Part shown: positions 25,671 to 35,026 of the stretch, one piece after another
Layout: each line of letters begins with the position of its first letter
Numbering within the stretch: position 1 is the first letter of the stretch
From: Microthyrium microscopicum
Lineage: Eukaryota
Reading direction: 5' to 3'
Assembly: GCA_010405405.1 (NCBI GenBank)
Contig: MU004238.1
Span: 1,623,530 to 1,687,529 of the forward strand
Length of the DNA stretch: 64,000 bases
Position numbers and translations under genes: made by a program
Notes under the pieces: generated by a model
Databases searched by the model: none
Seen by the model: the letters and a program-made list of their open reading frames with translations, nothing else
What the model was told of the DNA's origin: nothing

Positions 25671-26651
25671 GGTTTTGATGGGTTTCGTTGCTGCGCACTT
25701 TAATATTAGCTGCGCTGTTCGCTAAGATTGTACTATATATTATAGACTGAGGTTTGTCACATACCAAAATGTTATGCAATGCCGCTCTTCAAGATGTTGA
25801 TACTTTGAGGTTTAACTGTGTGGAGTTAGGCTTTTGGAGGGACCAAGTTGACATCAGGATGAAGTCAAATGTAATGTCATCAATCCTTTTGAAAGTTCTA
25901 GCTTCACTTTAACTTCTTAGATTTATAGCTAAGAAGGGAATAGCGCAATGGAAGCCTGGTGACTTTCACCCTTACTTCACTTTTTGAGAGCCTGAAGTCA
26001 AATATACGCATTGGTGTTTCCGCTTTTGGCTTGGAGTGCCTCGAGAGCTTTCTCGAAGCAGGTCGCCAACACTCGACCACACCTGCAATTTCTCAGCACG
26101 CAGCTAGATGATGCTCGAAGGTGCTCTCAGGTATCATGCGGTTATGCTAGCGGCAAAATAGTGAATTCTGAAACTATCCGCGACCTGAAATCTCTCAGTG
26201 ATCAAGCACGCCATGATCTCAACACCACGCTATACCACGATAGATCTGAAAAATAACGCAATACTGCCACATGGCGCCGCGTGGTCACCACGTCCTTTCC
26301 TACCGCAGAGCCTCGCTAACCTCAAGCAACGTTGACGCAATATCAATTGGCTATCATTGCTCTCGCAACCTCAACAACAGCTCGTGCAGTTGCTCACGAG
26401 CCCATACCGCCATCACATATCAACCACCTTCAGCATGACGCTAACAATCGCATCATCACAATTTCGTCACTGATCGAGGGCCTGTGCTCTGGTTCAGTTG
26501 GTATAAAGCCAAATGGATTCTCTGCCATAATTCTTCTTCTTCACCATCCTTTAAATATACTCTTCCGAACACCAACAACCATTCCACATTTTCGACCATC
26601 AAACTCTCTTACTCACTTACCTCCTTCGATCTTCTTTGATCATCTCTCATC

Positions 26652-27444
26652 ATGCATGCTCTAACCCTCTTCACCGGCTTGGCTCTTGCCTCGGCCGCCA
26701 TGTCCGCGTAAGTCTTCCAACTTCTTCACATCACCGATACCTTGCTAATACATCTCATCTCCAGACCCTTCGTAACTTGGTCTTCCGTCAAAAACTCTGA
26801 TGTCGACAAGCGTTCACCCTTCTTAACGTGGGGCGCTGTCAAAACATCTGAGGTCGACAAGCGCGATCCATTTGTGACGTGGTCATCCATCAAGGCCGAT
26901 TCTGACGCTCTTGCCAAAAAATTCGTCACGTGGTCCAGCCTCGATCAAGATCTTGACAAGGTAAGTTCTTCTGTCCAATCTTCGATGATCTTGTTCGATG
27001 ATCTTGTACTAACTTACTTGTCTCCAGCGCTTCGTAACTTGGTCTCAACTCAACTCGGAGGCCGAGTCTCTCCAAAAACGATTTGTCACGTGGTCTAGCC
27101 TCGACAAGTCCGCCGCCGCTCTGGACAAGGACACCGAGGAGCTTGCCCGTCGATTTGTCACGTGGTCCTCTCTCAAGACTGACGACGTCGAGAAGCGCGA
27201 AATCAACTACAATGACTGGAAGGCCAAGCTCTTTGGTGTTGAGAAGCGCGGCCTGGATTACTCCCCTAACGAGTGGTTGACCGCCGTCAAGCAGGAGCCA
27301 AAGCGCTTCATAACCTGGTCTTCCGTTAAGCCAACTGAGGCTGAGAAGCGCGGCGTGGATTACTCCCCTAACGAGTGGCTGACCGCCGTCAAGCAGGAGC
27401 CAAAGCGCTTCGTAACCTGGTCGTCTCTTAGCAAGGACGAATAA
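26652..27444 (+). CDS. Kex2-processed repeat protein (KEP), putative RiPP precursor, 222 aa
   Basis: Exons 26652-26707, 26765-26960, 27028-27444 (both introns GTAAGT..CTAA..CAG) join in frame. Signal peptide MHALTLFTGLALASAAMS is followed by 12 units separated by KR/KK/RR: nine F[VLI]TW cores, EINYNDW, and 2x G[LV]DYSPNEW. Confidence 0.92.
27241..27422 (+). repeat. 102-bp-period internal duplication in the KEP gene
   Basis: Copies start at 27241 and 27343; about 80 bp with 3 mismatches. Confidence 0.9.
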
Positions 27445-28940
27445 GTCAGTAAGTTTCTCCCCAGCCTTCATTTCTTCTTGGAACGTCACTAACATTTCAC
27501 AGTTCTCTTCTGCGATGACTGCTCTTCTGTAGAGCCCGGGTTGTTTGGGGGGATCGCTGGATAGGATCAGTTTTGACAGTGTGTAGTATTGCATTAGAAT
27601 TGGTACAAGGCATGTTGCGATAAATCGTCGCAACTTGAATTCCTAGGTACACTTAGTAGATCACAATAGATCTACATTTGAACGAATTTTGCTCCGTCTT
27701 TCATATGTGACGTTGACGTTTACGTTTATATGTGATGAATGATAACTTAGATCTCTGCTCTCCATTGACAAGGCTGAAGACAAGGCTGAAACATAATGGC
27801 CAGGGCAGGCACTTCAGCAAAATCAAAAGTACAAAATCAACCATTCTCCGGAAGCATTTATTGCACCACAACGAAGACATTTTTAGGAATTTTTTAACGA
27901 GTTATGGCATTATGAATTCTGCTTAATTTTAGAAGTAATCGATTATCAATCAACTATGGCTGTTAATGTTGCTCTCTAAAGTGAAGAGAAAGAGAATCGG
28001 CATATTTTTCACGTTTTTTGAACACATGAAGTTAGGAAGGTGGTCGCTAATGTAGGGCGCCTCTGCCTTACTGTCCCCAGTAATTTAGCAGGCCTCCTGG
28101 TCAACCCTGCCTCTTTATCTCAAAAAGCAAAAAATATCAGAAATCATCCATGATCATCAACTCCTACTCATCGTCAAATCATGGAAATAAAAATACTTTA
28201 GACATGCAAAAATCCATAAAAATCCATAAAAATCTAAAGTCCTATTTGGCTTCTTCTGAATGCTAACATATGGCTGATTGCGGTGTGAATAAGTGATTTT
28301 GGATTTTTGGATTTTTGGTGAAGCGGCCGCCATGAGACGTCTGTACGAAGTAGACTCAGATATTCTCATCGAACTAACGGCAAGGCACTTGCGTAAGTCT
28401 ACCCAACAGCAAGCAAGAAGGCGCGGCGAAATAAAAATGCTGTTGTATATTGATTGCTCAAGTATTTCCTTGAGATGCTGGCTCATTTTTGTAGTCCCAC
28501 TAACGATCTCGACAATTCCATGAAAGATTGGGCGTGTAGATGACCTTCGACTCCAATCTCTGATCCCAATTCCATGAAACGCGAGATCCAAATTGTAAAT
28601 ATCTCTTAACATTTCCCCGAGAGCAAGCCGGCTGGCTGCAAGCACAGCGCAGAAACAGTGCATTGAAGCACCCAGTGTAAATTCCCAGTGCACATTGGTC
28701 AAGGCATTTGTCCGTGATATCGGAGAGGCGTCTCGCAGTCAAAATGAACCAAACTGCGGCCTATGTCCAAAAGTCTCAGATCCAAAATCTCAGGCTTGAG
28801 CAGAACCGCCATTTCCACCAAATGCCTCATGTAGTATGATCACTGAGCGAAAACGCTGAGTGAACCATCCAGAATCTTCAACTGTCTCCCTCCCATTTCC
28901 AATTCCCTTATCATCCAGCGCACCACCAAAAGATATCAGC

Positions 28941-29167
28941 TCAAACATATGTCCTCAACTCCCTAATCAGCCGAGATACTCTCCCCATTCGTCCCACCCG
29001 ACTCCGTCCGTCCAGCCGGTCAAAGCTCTCAACCAACATATAGCCCGGAGCATCCGAGGACATTCGGCGGGGTTTCTTGAGTCTGTTGCGCGGGGTTCTT
29101 GCTTCCAGAGCCTGGGGTTGGCGGTCGAGGGAGAGGAGGTTCGTTAGCGGGACGGCGCAGGACATTG
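28941..29167 (-). CDS. small basic hypothetical protein
   Basis: ORF MSCAVPLTNLLSLDRQ...RELRTYV, preceded on the minus strand by a C/T-rich leader and TATA-like sequence; no family recognised. Confidence 0.3.
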
Positions 29168-30076
29168 TTGCTTGTTTGGTGAGGATGTACAAGGCTGAGG
29201 AAGGGGGAATGTACAAAGATGACTGGGGGAGGTTGAAAGACGGGGAAGAGAGCACAAGACCAGCTTGAGGATAAGCTCAACCCCGCAGATCGAGGAACAG
29301 GGGGTGGTGGCGATTGTGGACTTTGGATTTGTTGAGGTGTTGTAAGTTTTCTTTTCGGTTGGAAGTGGTGGAGTGTATGTGGTTGTACTTGGAGAAAAGG
29401 GAGGCAGGATATATTACCTATTATATGGAAGATGAAGTTGGTAGTTACTAGTAAGGCAGATCAAGGCAGTTGTTTGAGAGGCCTGTTGGGGAGTTGCCGG
29501 CTGCATGAGACCTGCATATTCAGTGTGATTCCATGAGGCTGGTATTTTTGGTAAGAGCCTTTTCTTTTTAGAGAACAGTTGATCTACAGCTAAAAAACAT
29601 GGATTTTACCTTGATTTGCTAAGCAATGATTTAAGGTGTTCGTTCAACTCAGCTGCTTCTTCACGATTTGTGTTGCTAAAAATAGATCATCATGATCTTG
29701 CGAGTTGCTGGGTCAGAGGTTCGGAAACTATCTCCATGACAGATAATTTACTTGTCAAGTACGACCACAGTACAAAGAAGCTAGTTTAACGTGTCAATCG
29801 AGAGGATTCAAACACATAACTCCATGATCGTTTGAGGTCAATACCAGTGTCAAATATGAAATATTGATGTTGTCGTTGTCAATTGTGTTTATGGAGCACA
29901 GAAGCACCCTTTTGAACACAGTAGTCCCTATGAGCCATAATTAACACAATAGGCTGTGAGTAAATTGTATTTAAACTTGCTGGAACTGTAAACTCGACAC
30001 AGCATTGCTAAACTTGTAAACTTCCCAGTTCATAGCTCTCCAAGTATCGTTCGTTGGCCTAATCCAGATTGCATCA

Positions 30077-31039
30077 ATGACTTCCAACAATAATGATCCT
30101 TCGACTGACGAGGAAACCTATGAGGCTCAACCAGGGCGAAGGCGACCTGGTGAAACCCTTCAAGAAGCTGAAGTGCGATTAAAGGAGCATGTTCGCCGCA
30201 CTGCTGCTTCTGAGAGAGCAAAAGAAGCGCAGGACCCTGCTCGACTTGCTCGTAGTGAATCCATAGCTAAACGGCGGGCTGAACGTCTTCAGCGTGAGGC
30301 TGATCGAGCTTCTCAACCTGTCGAACTCAGTCCGGTAGCTCGAGATCGTGGAGATGTTCCATCCTCTACTGTTCCTGATTTTCTCGTGGATGGAAGTCCA
30401 GAAAGTCAAGAAAGAGAAGAAAGCTCAGGTCAAGGATCAGATCAAGTTGAGCCAACCCCTGCACCCACGCGTGCCACGATACGCGCTACTGAAGCCAGGG
30501 TCCAAGCTCCACCATCGCCATCGACTTTGACTTCTCGTTACTGGCCAGCTCAACACAAGCACCCTCTCACCAATTATCTCGGACTCAACAGACGACCCTC
30601 ACCACCAAGAGATTCAGACCCGAACCCACCAGATCACCCATTGGCATTCCTGTTCGACCGAGATTTTGAAGACCCAGATCAGAACGCGCGCACAAACCAA
30701 GCACCAGGTATCACGCCTCAAATTACAAATCCTCCAACTCGATTACCACCATCTTCACAACCATTGACTTCGACTTCCGGTCCCCAAGACACCATCACCA
30801 ATTCTCCCATTGGAAGGCCTTCACCAACAACCAATTCGAATCCGCCAAGTCCAGACCACCCACTCGCACTCCCATCCAAGCAAAACCCCAACGAGCCTAC
30901 AAACCAAACCCCCGATAATAACCTTACAAACCAAACACCAGATCCGACACCCACAAACCAAGCATCACCTGAAAGTACCGCGCCCCACAAAACAACCCCA
31001 CTAACTCCCCCTCCACCAACACGCAGACGCAAAAACTAA
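30077..31039 (+). CDS. hypothetical protein, charged N-terminus and Pro/Thr-rich disordered body
   Basis: 320-codon ATG ORF; duplicated RPSP..PDHPLA motif. Confidence 0.5.
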   Translation: MTSNNNDPSTDEETYEAQPGRRRPGETLQEAEVRLKEHVRRTAASERAKEAQDPARLARSESIAKRRAERLQREADRASQPVELSPVARDRGDVPSSTVPDFLVDGSPESQEREESSGQGSDQVEPTPAPTRATIRATEARVQAPPSPSTLTSRYWPAQHKHPLTNYLGLNRRPSPPRDSDPNPPDHPLAFLFDRDFEDPDQNARTNQAPGITPQITNPPTRLPPSSQPLTSTSGPQDTITNSPIGRPSPTTNSNPPSPDHPLALPSKQNPNEPTNQTPDNNLTNQTPDPTPTNQASPESTAPHKTTPLTPPPPTRRRKN

Positions 31040-31057
31040 ATCCATCAATCTCCAGAA

Positions 31058-31543
31058 ATGCCCGCCGACACAAACCCAAATCCAACAAATGCCCTACCCT
31101 CCCCCTCAACACCTTTGACAGCACGAACGCCTCTCCCACCACCTGCCCCAACAGTGACCCTCGACGACATCAATCCGTACCTTCTCGATGTCGTCCCACA
31201 AGTCGAGCGCCTCATCAACCGCGTCCTGCTACCTGCGCCTCCTCCCGGCTCAACTCCTACACCCATCACCAACAACACCGTCGTGCCCACAACTGGCCAT
31301 CTGGACACTGCGAACCTCGAAGCAGCTGCGAACCCGTTACGGGTAAACATACAGAAGAGCCAAGAAATGCTTAAGCAATTGCCGGACATGGATCGCAGTG
31401 TGGAAGATCAGCAGGCGGAGATCAAGTGGTTGGAGGAGCGAATAGGGAAGATGGTGGGGATGTTGGGCGGATTGCGGGATAGTGCAGATGCGGGTGCGAG
31501 AGAGCATCGTGAGAGGGATGGGCAGGGCAATGGGCAGGTATGA
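31058..31543 (+). CDS. MED9: Mediator subunit 9 (Cse2/Med9)-like
   Basis: LEAAANPLRVNIQKSQEMLKQLPDMDRSVEDQQAEIKWLEERI matches the Med9 LPD..RS.E.Q..EI..LE pattern. Confidence 0.75.
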   Translation: MPADTNPNPTNALPSPSTPLTARTPLPPPAPTVTLDDINPYLLDVVPQVERLINRVLLPAPPPGSTPTPITNNTVVPTTGHLDTANLEAAANPLRVNIQKSQEMLKQLPDMDRSVEDQQAEIKWLEERIGKMVGMLGGLRDSADAGAREHRERDGQGNGQV

Positions 31544-31774
31544 TGCTTGGTGGGGAATGAAGAAGGTTGATAGCCAAAAGCTACGTCCACTTATGTTTTA
31601 TGACAATGATGATATGATATACCCAGCATAGTAAGAATGAAGACGCAAGTATAAACAGCCTAGATTCCTTTTTCCCTACGAGTTATACAACTCTCCATTA
31701 CACTCCAGACACTGACATTTAATACCGGCCGTTAAATCATTATTCCAGCCACCCATTATCCCAGTGCTCGCGTT

Positions 31775-33133
31775 TCAAAGCGTGACTCCATCCAACTGCC
31801 TCGTTCCCTCAACGCCTTCCATCCTCTGGTCCCCATCCAATTGCCCCGTTCCCTCAACACCCTCCATCTGCTCCGGCCCTGGTCTCGCTTCAGCAGGAAT
31901 TGGCGGTGCCCCCTTCCCGGGTTCCCTACTCTTTGCGCCATCCATCAACTTGCCCGCGGCTCCCTGGCCCGCTCTCAACTGGTTAATTGCACGAATCGTA
32001 TCGATTGCCGCGTGCAACTTGACCCTTGCATTAAAGTTCTTGCGCACCGTCGGCAACAGATCCTTCTTCTCCGTGGTCTCCATCGAAGCCGCATCTGCGC
32101 CTGCGCTTGTAGCATCTTGCTTGATCCATGGATGGCTGAGCGCTTCGTGGGCCGTCATGCGACGCGAAGGCTCGACGGTGAGACAGCGGTCGATAAAGGT
32201 TCGTGCTGTGTCAGAGACGCCGCGCCAGTACTCGGCGGGCTTGTAGTCGTAGTCGGCTTCGAGAATGGCTTGCATTTCTTCGAGGTTGGAGTCGCGATCA
32301 AAGGGGGTATAGCCGCAGAGGAGGAAGTATGTTATTACACCAATGGCCCAGATATCGCTGTGAGAACGTTAGAGTCAGGGGCAATGGTGGTATATAAGGG
32401 TACATACACCGGTTTTCCATGGCCGCTCTTTTTGAATATTTCGGGGGCCATGTACCCAGGTGTACCGCAGGTTGTTGTTAGAACGTGGAATTGTTCTTCG
32501 TCCATTATACGAGAAAGACCAAAGTCAGCGATCAACAGGTCGGCATTGTCTTCAGGGGTGCGGAAGAGGAGGTTTTCGGGTTTGAGGTCGCGATGTACTA
32601 TGCCGTGGTCGTGAAGGTATGCGACAGCGGAGAGTACGGCGCGTACGAGATCTGCAGCGTCGCTTTCGAAATATGATCCTTTTCGGCAGATTCGATCAAA
32701 GAGTTCGCCGCCAAGTGCTAGATCCGTGACAAGATATACTTTTCAAATGTCAGCGCCGCAGCATTTTATGATATATATTCCGTCCTACAATTATTCATGG
32801 TCTCAAAGTAATCCACGAGAGTCAATATATTTCTGTGACCCATAGACACCTTTTTCAAAACAGCAATTTCGTTGCGAACCTGGCGCATAATCATGTTAGC
32901 TTACGCTGATTCTGTATGACATTGGGTGGGCCGATAAGTGATCATACCATATGCTCTCGTCCTTGCATCAACCTCTTGTTGATAACTTTGGCGGCATAAT
33001 ATCGTCCAGATTCGATATGTACACATTCTTTAACGACAGAGTATGATCCAGCGCCTAGAGTTTTTCCCGTCTTGTATCGACACGGCTGGACTTGGGCGGC
33101 GGTCTTTGAGGCAGGTGGTTGTGGTGAGGCCAT
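31775..33133 (-). CDS. cmkB: Ca2+/calmodulin-dependent protein kinase (CmkB type)
   Basis: VQPCRYKTGKTLGAGSYSVVKEC, IVHRDLKPENLLF, IADFGLSR, TTTCGTPGYMAPE, CaM-binding FNARVKLHAAIDTIRAINQLR; 3 introns. Confidence 0.92.
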
Positions 33134-34063
33134 GGCGAGGAGAGAATCCTCAAGGCTGGTAGGGTAAATATGCTAGGAGACGAAGACTCGTGAGAATAGG
33201 ATACTGAGAGGAGTAACCACAGATTTGGGGGCGCAAAGAAGTTAGGTTGTGGTGTTGGTTGAGGGATATGCAATCAACGCTTTGGTGGTTTGCAGGGAGC
33301 TTTTTGGTGGGGCAGGAGGAGCCAGCAAGCGGGAGTGGGGCGAGACAAAAAGCAATCCCTGGTCAACTTCGAAAAGGGGTAAAAATCAGGGACTCAGGAT
33401 GCTCCAACTTCATCCCTTCTTCTTTACCTTGAAATGTAAACAAGCTCACCTCTCCACCTAATGTACCTATTTTCTCGTTCTGCATCGGGCCGGTTTCCCG
33501 ACCTGTCACTTTGACATGTAAACTGACTCAAGTAGCCTTTATATTGAATTGACCATGGCAGGTAGCGCGACAAAAAGGCCCGATAGCTTTGCATATCAAC
33601 GGCCCAACTCAACACCACAGTAATCTCAACATGCGGATTACACAATAGGATCCAGTACCAAACACGTTCAATGAAGAGTACACCAGATTGATTCTCGGAC
33701 CTGGACTATTCAAATCATGGTACAGATCACGTTATACATCAGTTTATTCGTCATGCAGATACAAGCCAGCAGAACAAAAGCCTTGCCGACCCCAGATTTT
33801 TAGCTCACAGCCTTGTCATGCTGGCGTTCAGCCTCATGTGTTTCGAAAAATGCTAGCCAAATCAATACTGTGGAAATGATCGAGACTTGGAACCATTTAT
33901 GAAAAGTCTAGAATCTAAGTACAACTCCCATCGAAATCAAGGTACTCCCAAAATTTACTTCTTCAGAAAACAAAACACTCGTTCCACTTCTTACACCTAG
34001 GATGCTTATTTCCATTCCACTCTTTACCTAAGTTATCATTACCTTCACTACTACAAGTCTACA

Positions 34064-34832
34064 ATGAGATCGTCTCATCTTCTCGCTCTCGCTGGCTGTG
34101 CCGCAGCAGTACCACTGACCTTGCCAAATGCATTTCCTGTCTTGTCGTTCCCTATCCTACGAACTAGATCCAGCAAAGCATCAGCTCCAGCCGCCCATAC
34201 AACCTGCACACCCCAACCAAGCACTGGCGGCAACACCGAAAATGGCGTCGTCAACAAAAACTGCTGCACCGACGTGACCGTCATATTCGCTCGCGGAACC
34301 GTGGAGCCTGGCAACGTAGGCTACTTCACTGGCCCGCCTTTCATTGCTGCCCTGCGCAAGCAAATCGGTGCAAGCCGTGTTACTGTGCAAGGAGTCGAGT
34401 ATCCTGCTACTACCACTGTAAGTTCACCTTCCTTGATTATACTTCCTAAAAGTCGACTGACAGGCGCAGACACTGGCAACAGGCGGCGGCGTCGGCCCAG
34501 CGAATATGGCAGCGGACGTGAAGCAAGCGTTGTTACAATGCCCCAATACAAAGATCGTGCTTTCTGGATATAGTCAGGGCGGAGAGGTGGTTCATAATGC
34601 GTTTAAGCAGGGTATTACAGCATCGCAGATTGCTGCAGCGGTTATGTTTGGCGATCCGTATAATGGGCAATCGGTGGGCGGGTTGGCACCTGCTGTTGTT
34701 AAGGAGTATTGTGCGGCAGGGGATGTTATTTGTAATGGATCGGGATCTTTTGTTATTACTGAGGCTCATTTGAGTTACGCAAATGACGCGAGTGATGCGG
34801 CGGCGTTCATTGTCAAGACTTTGGGATTGTAA
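34064..34832 (+). CDS. secreted cutinase (CE5)
   Basis: Signal peptide; IFARGT, GYSQG, FGDP, GDVIC, AHLSY; one intron from 34418. Confidence 0.92.
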
Positions 34833-35026
34833 GCATCCTTGAAGACGGAGGTCTCTGCACGGTACCCGGTGGATATGCGGTAGAAGTGGAATTATTTGTA
34901 CTATCACCCTTTTTATATTGTGGGTGTGTTCATTGCAGCTCGGCTGCCATGCAGCACAGGAGCACTGTACAATAGTTTGAGCTCTACATTAGCCGATGGT
35001 AGTAGCAATTTTCTGATCATGCTCCC

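Noticed and set aside
26652..27444. KEP as an alpha-factor-like pheromone precursor
   Set aside because: Units lack the WC..GQPC-type core of filamentous ascomycete pheromones, have variable followers, and sit beside an HxxHC oxidase. A linear-peptide role is not fully excluded.
26926..27633. 235-aa minus-strand ORF with RPGYEALWLLLDGGQPLVRG repeats
   Set aside because: Antisense shadow of the KEP exon; the + strand has the signal peptide, splice sites and KR periodicity.
28157..28702. 181-aa minus-strand ORF next to the KEP as an extra cluster gene
   Set aside because: Non-ATG start, no motifs, overlaps AT-rich tandem motifs; likely a chance ORF.
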